Part shown: positions 1 through 14,249 of the stretch, one piece after another
Layout of the letters: every line of letters starts with the position of its first letter
Position numbering within the stretch: the stretch's first letter is position 1
Assembly (NCBI GenBank): GCA_050084515.1
Contig: CM114271.1
Span: forward strand, 49,042,001 to 49,106,000
Length of the DNA: 64,000 nt
Origin: Blasia pusilla
Lineage: Eukaryota
Direction of reading: 5' to 3'
Translations under genes and position numbers: made by a program
Notes under the pieces: generated by a model
The model's input: the letters and a program-made list of their open reading frames with translations, nothing else
Databases searched by the model: none
What the model was told of the DNA's origin: nothing

Positions 1-122
1 TCTCGATCTCTTACCGGATCCCCAAAAAATCTTATGTAAGTCCGAAGCAGTAGTTCATCCAGACTGCAGTGATGAATTGCAATTGACCGCTTCTCTCATG
101 CGTGATCATGCAAATGCTGCAG

Positions 123-1756
<1,634 letters not shown>

Positions 1757-2199
1757 TACATATAATTCGTCTTCGACTAATCGCCAATCGACCTAGAACC
1801 TAGCTCCATCTATGTCCCATCAGGCTCAGCGTTCAGGATCCTATGAATGTTTTGCCCGTAGGTTTAGCCTAACAAGAAGCGATGAGCGCTAGGTGCTCCC
1901 GCATCTAATTTTGAAACTACCTACGGTGACGGTTTAGAATTGAAGGAGAGCTTTAGGTCGACGTGTACTATGGAGTTATGTAGTGCATATGGATTATATT
2001 GGTAGAAAAGCTCTTTAGTATTCAACATTTCATTGCAAGAATGTTGCTTGCCATGCATCACTACCAAATTCGAGCGCTGAGCTTATTAAGGACATTGCTT
2101 TTCCATGTATCCAAACTCCAATCAGAAACCTTTTCTTGCAATTGATCATGTGGTTTCTCCAAACTTGTCTAACCAATATTGAATTTTAAAATTCGTAGG

Positions 2200-5100
2200 T
2201 GCACCAACTCCAACTTACCCCATCCATATGGGATATTTGACAAAAAATATTGAAACTTACCAACACACCTTCTTTTTTCCTCCATTAATAAAATATCAAC
2301 TCTAAACTTAAATATAGTGGCCCCTAATAGTGATCTTGATTCCCAAGCATTCCATTCTCAAAGATAATAGGAATTTTAGTGTTTTGTTTGGTTAGAGGTC
2401 AAAAAAATCTAAGAGGAACAATAAAGTGATATCGTGGGTTATCAAACTCCTCCTATTTTGGATACAAGAGTTTTCATTTCTTGTTGCTTTGTGATTTAAT
2501 CGCATGTTTTGTACCATGTCCTCAAATTTTCCATCAAGAAACAATCCGTCTAATTCCTCAATCGTATACCTCCGTTATCGTGTTAGATAATGGAAATCCA
2601 CCTTTGTGCTTTCGGAAGACTTGATTCTTATCTTATCAAAGTACTCAATTAATTGAGAAACACCTTTCTTGACATCAAAAAAATGCCTTCAAGAATGTGG
2701 GCAACAAGCGCTTCACATTCCTTGTAAGGTTAAAAGGAACTCTAGTGATTTCATGACGTAAAAACACGTCATTATTTGGCAACCACTCTTTATCACAACC
2801 ATATATATTTTCATGCATGATGGGCATATCATCCAAAAATCTAGTACATTGGAATCAACTTCGCTTCTATATTCCATACCATTGATTTTTCATCTTAGGC
2901 CCCATGAAACCTTTCAATTAAATACTCCTTAAAGTCAAGAATATCTTGAATCATTTGTGGTGTTGGATTTGATGAAGTGGAGTAAAAGAACTATGTGGCC
3001 AGATCTTTAACACTGATTTTGATTTGACAAACGTAATCTTGTAGAAAACTCAATTTTGTTCTAATATGATTATTGGATAAATATGATATTAACTAAGTGT
3101 GTGTGACTTAGGGTTTAGGGCTTACAACTTGAGGTGTATGGCTTGGAATAGTGGATATATTCTTCCTTTACTCATTTCACGAACCAAAGAGTTTCAAGAT
3201 ATATGAATTATGTCACCACAAGGTTCTCGAAAACTTGCTAAACATAACATTAACATCTTCATGAGTGTGCCTGAGGATGAGAAAAGCCAAGTGAATCTCT
3301 TCGAATACCTTCCTATGAGCCAAAAGGGCCAAGCACGCCATGAAGTAGAGTTAGATTGAGGCCATCCAAGAACTCCTTTATTTCATTGCGAGGATTTTCC
3401 AAACTGTGAAACAACTTTGCCAATGATCCAATAGTCCAATTAGATCTTTGCTTGTAGACTCTTATGTCAAATTGAGCAATTGCGCATAATCCATGCCCAT
3501 GAGTCAAGATATCTACAATTAGGAAAAAGAATGACTAAAAGTGAATTCAACTTAATGTTCGAGTACTTAAAGAGGTACAAGTTTCTCCAAATAGGGTACT
3601 TGCAACAACTAACACTTATATTTGCAAGTTTCTATAGGCAAGAAATGATTGGCCCTATGAGAAGTTGAGTTCCAACTAATGGAGGGGCCGTAGATTGATC
3701 TCTTTATCCTTAGGGAACTGTTTTCGGTGTAGAGAAAAAATTGGAACTTAAGTCCTACTAAGAGAGTGACATCAAGATAGCCCTACGGAGATGCAAATTG
3801 TCACTTGCTTGTTAAACCATTCTCTAGGTTAATTAAGTATTACTTCATAATATTTACCTAAACAAGTAACTAGAAATGGTTGAGCCATAGCCAAATATTT
3901 TGTTTCTTGCCACACTCTTGGCAACCCTATTTTCAAACTATCCATTTTAACGTGGATTAGGCAAAGATAAGACAGGAGCTGACGCATAGATTCCGCTCGC
4001 CAAGTGTAATAAAAACTCCTTTAAGACCTTTGCAGGTCATCATGTTCAATTATTCGTTCTTTAACAGCCGCCTTCTCCTCGTTTGTTGATGCATTATTTT
4101 AGAAAGACTTCAACATTTCATAGGTCAGACAACGAGAAAAGTTATCATCTGATTTGTTAAAATATAACAACATAGGAGAATTTTTTTTTATTTGACTGAT
4201 ACTTGATCATAAGACTCCGGCTATTCCCATTTTTCCAGCTCCCTTATTGACAACTTCTCATATATACTTCCACGAGACAAATTGAGGAACCTAAATCAAT
4301 TCCTCTCGTCTCTCGTCTGACATAGTTCTTTCCTTATGGGGCATCCAATCTTTAGGCTCCTTAATTATGAGCTTTATCATTTCCACCGCTTATGCCCTTC
4401 TTTGGATTATGGCATTTCTTCCCACGTTCCCATACCCATTTTGTTTCTTTTCATCTCTAAGATTTCTTACTTTGTCCTCAAAGCTTATTTATCGAAGATC
4501 GTGGATTAGTCGCCAACCTAGGAGGCACACCGTTTTACATTCTAATTGCATAATCCTTTGTTCATCAATGAAGAAAGACAAATGGAACATGGCGTGGAAT
4601 ATTTCCCTTCTTGCTTGAAGACATGTGTTCCAATCAAACTCTACTTAAACGAGCATCATTTCTCGACGTATGTTAACAACATAATTCTCTATAATTGTTT
4701 TTGGATGTCACATGTGATATATCTTCCTCTATTGATTAGCTTTTTATTCATCTTGGTCACGCTTAATAGATATTGTTTCTCAGACCAATAGATGTACGTG
4801 TAGGCTCTCTTAGGCTTGCCTGCTATTGCTTCAACGATCCCTCGGGGCAGAGTTGAACACTCCAAGCACCAAGTCCAAAAATCTCATCCATCTTTAACAA
4901 TACTAAGAAGTTGCAAAGAGGAATCACTTAGCATACAATACCTCTTCTAACGTCAAAATTGCAGTTTCTATGATTGGTCGTATGAAATTCGATCCTTTTA
5001 CAATTGCAACTAATAAAGATTCCTCTTCCTAATATCCATGAAATCAATGTATTTTTTTGTAATAAAAAATTTGGGATACTTTGCAAACAGTCCCACCATT

Positions 5101-5350
5101 TCTTGTAGCCTTCTTCCATCCACGTAGGTGGCTGGTCCATAGAATGATTCATCAATTCTTACGGACATCCATAATTAGCATTGGTCATCAAAGGAGGAAA
5201 AATGTTGGATCCCATATGAATTGAAGCTTTTTGTAGCACAAGGTAATCCAATAAGAAGCTCGAATCCTTTTGAATCTCTTAAGAAAACTTTCTGGTTTTA
5301 CCAACTTCTTGGAATAGCTCTAGTGGTGGAATTGTGAAGTGAGGCACGGA
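2200..5350 (-). mobile_element. Very old, degraded retroelement-like remnants
   Basis: Only faint gag-like stretches (ORF 3313-3507 YKQ...EFLDGL) with many stops. No termini found. Confidence 0.25.
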
Positions 5351-6364
5351 GAGAAGAAAATTTTGTGAAATCATAGTATGTTCATACTTAGTTTTAATCA
5401 TAGTATGTTCATACCAAAACTTAATTTTACCAAGGAAGTCCATTCTTACCTACCTCATTATGCTTCAAGGGGTAAGAGAGTAAGGGATGTATAGCAATCT
5501 TGGAAATTGTGAAGAAGAATTATGGTTGTTTGAACAAAGAAGAGATTGAAGTGGTATAGTTATGTGAAGATAATAACTTCTTCAATATATCTAAACATGT
5601 TCTATTTAAGGATAAATCACAACATATAAGGATTCTAAAGATTTCTTCCCACTTGGGAAAAATTCAAATTAAAAAGAATCCTTTTTAATATAATTTTGTA
5701 ATATGAAAGAACATCTCATTTTTGGATGACTCTTTGGAATGAGTATAGGATGCCAAGATGCCATCATCCTAGCATTCGAATGCTCCCAAGATAACAAAAA
5801 AAAATTTAGGTGCACGATAAAGCGTGCCATGGTTTCTCCAATTGTTATTTTGTTGGATAACCGCAAAGAGATCTTTCATTTGGCTAGTCTAAGAGAGAGA
5901 GAGTCTATTTTTGTATATGTATCTTGTTAGATTTAGGAGTGCAACCTTTGATGTTGGGAAATGAGACATTCATAGGTTTGGGCATGACTCGAATCGATGT
6001 TGAGGGTAATCCATTCAAGATATAGACATCATTTTATGGGGTTCGTACGATATAGTTTATCATCCTATAAGAGGTCACTGTGAGGCTTAGTCCAACATAT
6101 ACATCCGATTGATGAGTCTGTGGTTCAAGCCAAGGCAATAGTGATTCATGTAGAGTCCTATAACATCTTGGTTGGTAGAGTAGTGTTGTACTCGATGGCT
6201 CCGATGGTTAGCAACTAAGCATATATATAGATGGTGTCGGGTGAGACCTTCGTACAAGACAGAGATAAGTTACAAGAACCTGTAATAACAAGGAGTGTTA
6301 TATATGTTTTCACGCTTGGATACTACACCGATTATGTGGCATATTCCATGAGAGGGTCGATTGA

Positions 6365-6870
6365 AGATTCTAGTGTTGGATCCCTTTGGAGGGTTCTACT
6401 CTATGTTGGTTATTGTGATATAGGCAAGAGTGTATAGAAATACTTGTATGTGGAGCGGGATGAGGTTGTGAGGCCCATCTCACTCCAACATGTGGCATAG
6501 ATGCAACTTTATTTTCTTGACTTGTTACCCACGTCGACCATGCAAGGTTACAAAAGTTCCATACCAAAGGATATTTCCTTCTTGGGTGCATACGATCTAG
6601 AATAGATGGAAACCATTGATTTGGTCATTCATGTTGGCTATAGTAGGTTAGTCAAGTGTTGGATGAGTTTATGTTTTCCTATTGCCTATGCATATAAGTA
6701 GGTTAGTCTGGGTTTGGTTAGGATGATCAACACAATGGTTGGTAGAGCCCAATGCCAATGAGAGGGTAAGATGGGATTCCCCATAAGAGTGATGGTAGTA
6801 TCATTACTATTATAGAAGTCCTAACATCATATTTTGGGCCAAGCAATAGACCTAAACTGCTTGACATTTA
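6365..6870 (+). pseudogene. Degenerate C5 DNA methyltransferase domain (older element copy)
   Basis: Motif I ILVLDPFGG (~6367-6393), motif II YLYVERDE (~6441-6464), motif IV lead-in TIDLVI (~6612), motif IX-X region LVEPNANER..MGFP...ILGQAIDLNCL (~6740-6865). Frameshifts and stops present. Confidence 0.8.
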
Positions 6871-9014
6871 TTCTCAATCTAGAAGTAGTACGTTGAGCAA
6901 CAAAGTTGCAAGAGGTCATCTTTGTTGCATTTGTTAGCTCAGTGCCCATCCAAATAATACAAGAAGTGGATGGGGGCTAGATTAGAGATTAAGATATGAG
7001 AGGGGATCAAGAGAGACATCCATGCATGGACTTTATAGGAAGTGATACAAGTGCACCAAGATATGGCAACCACTACAATTGGCATGTTGATGATGTTGTG
7101 CAACAAGGAACATAGGAGATGAGATGTTTGAGTTGGCTATAGATGAGCAATTAAGTGTCATTAATACTTATGGGGTTACATTATAGCAACCAAAATCCAT
7201 GCTAGACAGTCTTGTAGTAGTCACGATGGAAACTTGGGAATCACATATTGGTCCTAAGTCAACAAGAGGAGATCGGTTCTTGAGGGATCATAGTAGTTGT
7301 TTTGGATTTAGTATGCATGATTTGAGTATACTGAAGGATCTAAGGATACGCATTGAGTTATCTAGCAACACCTCGATCTTTCAATGCTTCTATAAGTGCA
7401 AAAATAAGGAGAACAAGGGCCAAGAGTTGGTTGAGGCAAGACTAGTGAAGATCTTGCGTGGAGAATATGCACTTGCCACAATCATGCCCGCTAAGAAGGA
7501 TGCGAGCTCCCGACATTGGATTTATCTCCTGTGAAGAACTTCAGGATTGACCCCTGTGATGGGTGCTGATCCTTTGCACCTCCTTTCCTTGGTATGCCTC
7601 TCTTCCACACCTTAATGCCATCTCTACAACAGCCTCTTTGACCTCAGAGGCATCCAAGTGATCCCAACTAACCAAGTGTTGTCTCAAATTATGATCCAAA
7701 TTCAGTTTCTTTGGGCACATGTCTGTATGCAACTTTCTACAGACTCTACACCTGATCTTAAATAGGTATGACGTATTGGAATACTGAGGATCCGTGGGAG
7801 ACGGTGTCACAAAAAACACCTATGTGTCACCCCCAACATCCTCATTCAGTTGGGTGACAATATCCACTCCTCTAGAGATGGCCTCACCATGATCAAATTG
7901 AGGTATGTGAACGTCACTAGGCTCCATCAGTGATGTAGGAAATTTTCTTCTCTTACAAAAGCTATCCTTATGTTTTGAGTTAACTATATACTTTGTCCTA
8001 AAATTGCTAAAGCAATTTGCAATAGCTTTCACATTCTGAGAGTTCTATGCATTCCCATAGTTCACTCTACACTCCAAACACTCTAGATGTCCTCTGTTCC
8101 ATCATCCCATGTCCTCACCATCCAATTATGGTCCTTGTATCCATTCTTCTCAATCCACTTCCATAATCTCATGAACTCATCATTCCAGCATTTGGCAGCT
8201 TGCTCTACCATCAATACTCAAACGAGGCTTGCACAAGACCTTGGTTTGTGACATCAACCGAACTCACTGGATGTGCCTGGGTTTCAGTATGGTTCTCCAA
8301 CACATGAGCTGAACTCGCTATAGTCTCAGAGACAGTAGACATTGTGGCTGCAGAAGATTGGGAGGACACTCGCGTTGTCCTCCCACAAGGGCCAACACGT
8401 AACTGTGGAATGACACATACTATTCCATCAATAGAATTACCTTCTTTGCATTTTGGTGCATTCTACCAGTGAGTTTGAAATCCCAAAAATCAAAATCAAA
8501 TTCCACAATTCCATAACATTTCATATGCATGTCTGCTCGTGACTGCCCTTCTTTGTAACCTAGAACACAAATTGGCTCATCGTTTTGTCCTTCACCCCTC
8601 TTTTCAACCAATCTGATACTATCTCTAATAGAGGTCAACATTGGACACTACGGGAATACACAGAAAAACTTGTTATATAAACCACAACAGAGAATACAAC
8701 ACCATAAATCAGATCCAAACGAATTGTATTATCCAATGCCACCTTGCATTCAATCTCACTCAAAGTTGCATTCTTTGAAACAAGTTTCATAATTTTGAAC
8801 GCAACTCACAAACATTGATGTCATCTCCTTCATTTAAGACATTGCAAATGGATCCATAAAAGAACAAATTTCTTTTTGAATACTACAACCTAAATCCCAA
8901 AATCCAATGGACCAACTTGTTGTATGAACTGATGTTAAAGTCTCTATTGCATTTATCCAACAATTGGAGTATCCTGGAAGGTAGTCCTATTGAGGCTAGT
9001 CCCATGGCGAGATC

Positions 9015-9630
9015 AATCGCAAGTAGGCACAAATTTTCCCTCTAGAATGGTATGATGACGACAATACACAAGTTGCCATTTGCCAAAATTCCACCTGCCA
9101 TTGACATCACAACCTTTGTGTAGGTGTTTCTTGCCTCCTGAGGTCTGATCATAACACCAAGCACAGGGGCATCAGTGGCACTGCACTAAATCTTGGTACA
9201 TCTTGCACGTATCATAATAGTGACATAGGCATATGAATGCATCAGGAGCAGCGACAAGGTTATCTACTATATGGGTATGCGGTAGTCCTCCAACAAGCAA
9301 ACGGGTTCTCATACAATCCATGTCATAAAAGGATTAACAATCATGGTGAGCACACTTGATGAGCCGTGTCTCAAACTCCGTATGTCCAACAACACGACCC
9401 ACTAGCCCACAAGAGAAACAGATGGCTCTGTCATGAGCACATAAGTCACACACCCAAGTTCCATTCCAATAGTGATTTCCAAGCAGTACAATAGGGATGC
9501 AGGTCTAACCCTTGCCACTATTTGGGTTGGTGGGAAGGCCACCTCCAACCCAATGAAAGTGGTGATCACAAGCACCATCACAAAATAGAACATCACCTCC
9601 CTCATCACAAGAAAAGTAGCATGGGGGATC
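9015..9630 (-). pseudogene. EDM2/NSD-type tandem PHD-finger cassette, pseudogenised
   Basis: One frame with 3 stops: CYFSCDEGGDVLFCDGACDHHFH...WVCDLCAHDRAICFSCGLVG...LIKCAHHDC*SFYDMDC...AFICLCHYYDTC...LVQCH*CPCAW...LVYCRHHTILEGKFVP. This follows the Cys/His pattern of the EDM2 N-terminal PHD region. Confidence 0.75.
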
Positions 9631-10129
9631 CATCCAATGATGCTCAGCATAAGAGTACCGATCTAACAGGTGAACATTCGTCATTGTGTGTATGAGGTGT
9701 CCAATGATTCTTACCCACGGCATAGAATAGTCTGTGGTTCTGGCTCTGTGTGATCCAAAACTTGGAACAATACTCCACTTGTGGTCAAATCCAATGGCCT
9801 CCAATAGGGTTGTCACTTCCCTGTGGGCTCCTTCAAACAATCCTACACAACAAACAGAATAACCATGTGCAGTCAGGAATTAGTCACAATTATAGATGCA
9901 CAAACTTCACAACAAACAAAGCAATAACATATGCACATATTGCTAACTTGGTAACACCAAAAGTGTTCATTTCATTCTAACTTGTACTCACTGTTATACA
10001 CATTCATACATTCACACCCCTATACCCACAACAAAATTAATTGTCTCTCTCTCATTGTCTTCAGTAGGATTTAATGGCATCACATGAGCTATGGTTTTCA
10101 CACTATGATAGTCACTACTTAATGAAGAA

Positions 10130-11071
10130 AGTATCACTTCACTCCTTAGTGTCTTACTTTGAATTAACAACACAAAGAGCAAGAGCATATGTTGATCTTG
10201 CTAAGCGGGTCGCACCAAAAATTTTCAACACATTCAATAGACTTCATTTAATAGAGACAAAGATATTGAGTTGGAGATCAGAACCCACCTTTGGTTTGCT
10301 GATTGTAAACCACTTTGAAAGTTGAAACCCCCTATTGAGAGGATGAGCCAAGTCTACACATACATTAAGCATCACTAGCTGGGTTGGATACACTTGAACT
10401 CATCATTCCAATCAGTAGACTAAATTCATTGCCCAAAGAACATATGTTGATATACATTCAATAGCCTTGATTTATTGCCCATGGCTCGTGCACTAGTAAG
10501 TAATGTCTAATGGGGATCCCAAACAAGTAAAGTACAGAGCAAGATTAAACCTTGATGTTCATACAAAAAAAAATACAACACATAGAGCAAGATTAAACCT
10601 TGATGTTCATTGCCCAAAGCTATTGTGTTGATAAGTAATGTTCACTGGGAATCCCAATTAGGTAAAGTAGTGACAAGTCACTACATGAAGACGGTCTCTC
10701 TCCTGGTCTCTTAAAAGCAAGGAGGAAGCCATGAAAATATCAGGCCTCTATCTCCTGTCCTTGGTTGATAGGTATATCGTGAACAAGCAGAACTAAAAAA
10801 CTATTTTTTGGGAACCCCAACTTGGGAACTCGTCTTAAGTTCAAGTTTAGGATGAGAGAATTCCCTTAAACTATGAGAGCTAAAATCTAGAGCTTGTGTG
10901 ACGACAAGGATAACATCTCTACTCACTACTTGGTCTCTTGCATAAAATTCACAAAAAATACAGCAAGAGCATTAGTCGATATTGCTTAGTTGGTAACGCA
11001 TTCTACACATTCTGTAGCCTAGATTCATTGCCCAAAGCTACTGCACTGGTAAGTAATGTTTATTGGGGATC
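10130..11071 (+). mobile_element. Cluster of at least four short 3'-end fragments of the LINE family found at 34.1-38.8 kb
   Basis: Repeated matches to the LINE C-terminus (ARAYVDLAK.VAPK.FNT; cattgcccaaag...gtaagtaatgt...ggggatccc = SLPKA.ALVSNVYWGS) at ~10130-10250, ~10410-10535, ~10605-10670 and ~10780-11071. Confidence 0.8.
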
Positions 11072-14000
11072 GAGGAAGGATGTGCATGGAAAGTGGACGG
11101 ATATGCAGATGTTTGGAGATTAGATTTATCGGCCTGACAATCAATTGACAAAGTTTGATAGGTATGTTATCCCTACTTTTGAGGAGATCCTTGATGCTAT
11201 TAGGCCTGCAAATATCTTCACTTTTCAATCTAGTATCGAGATCAAAGATCTAAATATCTTTAGATCTTGAAGTTGGATACCATCAACTGTCTATTCAAAT
11301 GAAGGATAGGTGCTCATGAGACGGAATGTTTGTGCTAGTGGTGATCCTTACCATTTGGATTAAAGAATGCCCCAAAAAAGTTTTGTAAGGTCATGGATAG
11401 GATCTTGGGCTGAAGCTACATCAAGGCTAGTGCAAGTGCAAGTTCTTTTATTATCAAAATGACTGCTTGGGTCATACCATATACCCAAGTAGCCTTGATG
11501 TTCAAGAGAGGAAGGTAGATGCTATCTCACAAATTCCACGCCCTACAAATATGAATCACGTGCGTGTGTTCCTGGGATTGGCAAAGTTCTATGGATAAAA
11601 TTTCAAGGGATTTAGTGCCATTGCAAAATCCCTGACCTTTTTTACCAAGGATGGATTATACGGATCATGAGTGGTAGTGGGGGCATGAGCAAGAGAGAGA
11701 ATTTTAGTTGCTTAAGGACATATTGATGTTTGCGCCTATCTGAAGGAGACCTATGGAAGGGCATCCTTTCCAGTTGCACACAAATTAGAGTTTTTTTGTT
11801 CTAGGAGTTTTGTTCACCTAACATATCAATGAGGATTGTTTAGGATGGTTGGCTATGGAGAGCCATATCATGGTGGCTTCAAAAGTGAGGTCATTGATAA
11901 ATTAGAGTCCTTAGATCTACAGGGTAGTAGGATGCGATATATAGATGGTCGAGATATCTACATGGATGGGATGGTTTTGGAATACCTATACCTATATATA
12001 TATATATATTGGTACCATTGTGAGCATGGTGGGTGCTAGAAAGCAAGATCAAATCTTGCAATAAGTCATACTATTTAGGTAGGAGGAAATATATGATCTA
12101 ATTTACAAGTTTTAGAGGGTGGTAGAGTATGAGTGATGCCTCATCCTTTGCCATGAGCATGATTGATGTAGCATGCGTATGAGTAAGGACACTTTGCAGT
12201 GAAGCAGACATATTGCTTGCTCCATGTATAGTTTTGGTGGTGAGGCATATAGAAAAATATACAAAAGTTTGTTTCCATATGCATGGTGTTTGATCAAGTC
12301 CAAGGATTTTTCAATACTCTGACTCCACCCTTACATCCATTACTGATCATGGGTTTAGGCTAAAGATGGAGTTTGGATTTTATAGGGCCTTTACCTTTGA
12401 TATATCTCCAAGTCATTATGAATTAATTGGTGTTGTTCAAGCACTTATCAAAGTAGATAGAGATGGTTGTAATATAACCATTATTGTAGGATTAATCTTG
12501 CTCTCTAGCACGCACCATGCTCATAATAGTACCAATAATATTAATGCAATATTTGGGATATTTACGCACATCCTCGTAAGATAATCTTCTCTCATAGTAT
12601 GAAAAACTCGCTTTGCTAGTCCATTGACCTCAAGATGATCTTGCAAAGTGGTGTGATGGTCAATCAATACCTGATTACATAAGGTTGGAAACTATTGTTG
12701 AGATTTTGTACCCTATTTTGTCAACACCTCCGTTGGTGCACCATATTGACTCAATACTCAATCTAGGAATGCATATTGTAGGATTACTATACTATGGTTT
12801 TATGGTTTTTATAGCCTCATTGGGCAATACATTCAAGGGGGTCTTACAAAATCAAGTTATGGCAAACTTCTCACATGATTGTGATACAAAAGCAATCCCA
12901 TTGATTATAATGTTACAACTCTTTATATGTTGGGAAAAAAGTGGCTTATAGACACCAGTAGATGAAGAAGATAGAAGAACATACGACACCAATTACTTTT
13001 GTGCAAATAGTGTAAAGTTATCTAAGACTTCCCTCATAAATAAATGAAAATTATTTGGATAATTGTAATTTTTGCGTGAATGGATTTTGATACGGTCTAG
13101 CTAGTATTATACTATTGTGTCATTATTAATATGTACCAATCATAAAACAATAATTTAATATCTAATAACCTTGAATCTACAAACCCATCCCCTTGCATCC
13201 CTTCAAGTTGCAAGTGTGATGGTAATATAAATGTCCAAAAAATCTTAAAATATCACAAATTTGCTAGTGGTCATGTAAGTGTTGTCACATCTTAGTTAGC
13301 CGACAAGTAGAGTTCTACCGCATCGACCACATAGAGGGTAAGCGGGTTATCTGGGTGTAACTTTGTCTTGAGATATTAGATGAGGTTGCGGATTGGCCTA
13401 TTGTGTGAGAAACATCATCTCTCACGATTTCCCTTTTTGGGTCTTTATTGGCCATGTAAATCGTTGACCGAGTCAATGGTCACCTAGTAGCATGTGTTGG
13501 AAGGTTACTGTTTGAAGGCTATTTTTGGGGGAAGAGCCAAAAGGCTCTTTCCAAGGCTGAGAGAGAGAGAGAGAGAGAGAGAGATGTGGCCTTCCCCATC
13601 CATCTTTCTGATGTTGGGCCTTAGGAGTACCTCTCTTGCATGTGTGCGAGTGTAGGAACTAGAGCGCGATTGTCAAGATTCCCTCATAGTAGAGGGTGGA
13701 TATGGCTCGAAATGCCAATGAAGATTCAGGAATGGAGTCTTAGGTTGGGTGGGTTATTTTTACTTTGATTTTACATGAGAAAGATGTGAGGGGGCAAACG
13801 GGAATTTGTTGTATGTAGGTAGGAAAAAAAGTTTCCTTGATGGGGAGCCCTTGGAGATGCCGATTGGCATTTGTTTTTTTGTTTTTCCGTCTGAACGTCG
13901 TGCATAGAAGCGCTACTTGTTTCTCACTAATTTTAGCTTCTAGCGGTGTATGGGTAGAGCAGTATTAGAGTTACGGACATGAGCGCTTGAGTGTAGCATT

Positions 14001-14249
14001 TACATAATTACGTCGAGATAGTGGCGTATGTTGAGAGCAAGAAAGGAAGAGTGTTGAGTAGGTCATGGAGGTTGCCAAACCACATGGAGCCATCAATGTT
14101 GACCGTATAGAAAAATGATGGGTGACGTGTTCATGCTAGCCATTGGAGTCCCTTAACTTGCACTTGTTTTGTGTTAGTTAGGGTGTTGGGTATCAGGTAG
14201 AGCGTAGACTAGATGGATATAGGGATTGTGACTAGTGTAGTCTCCTTGC

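Larger units (their letters stand above)
7503..11072. other. 3.57-kb composite insertion splitting the RT of the older gypsy copy
   Basis: RT sequence stops after aagaaggatg (7493-7502) and resumes at aggaaggatg (11073-11082). The uninterrupted version is at ~47231. Confidence 0.75.
5950..12480 (+). mobile_element. Degenerate pol of the DNMT-carrying Ty3/gypsy family (protease-DNMT-RT-RNaseH-integrase), interrupted at 7503-11072
   Basis: Collinear with the 41.5-49 kb copy: protease VVQAKAIVIHVESYNILVG (~6120-6175), RT start IRIELSSNTSIF...GEYALATIMPAKKD (7350-7502), RT/RNaseH resuming at 11073 (aaggatgtgcatgga..., ccatttggattaaagaatgcccc), integrase-like sequence at 12150-12450. Confidence 0.85.
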
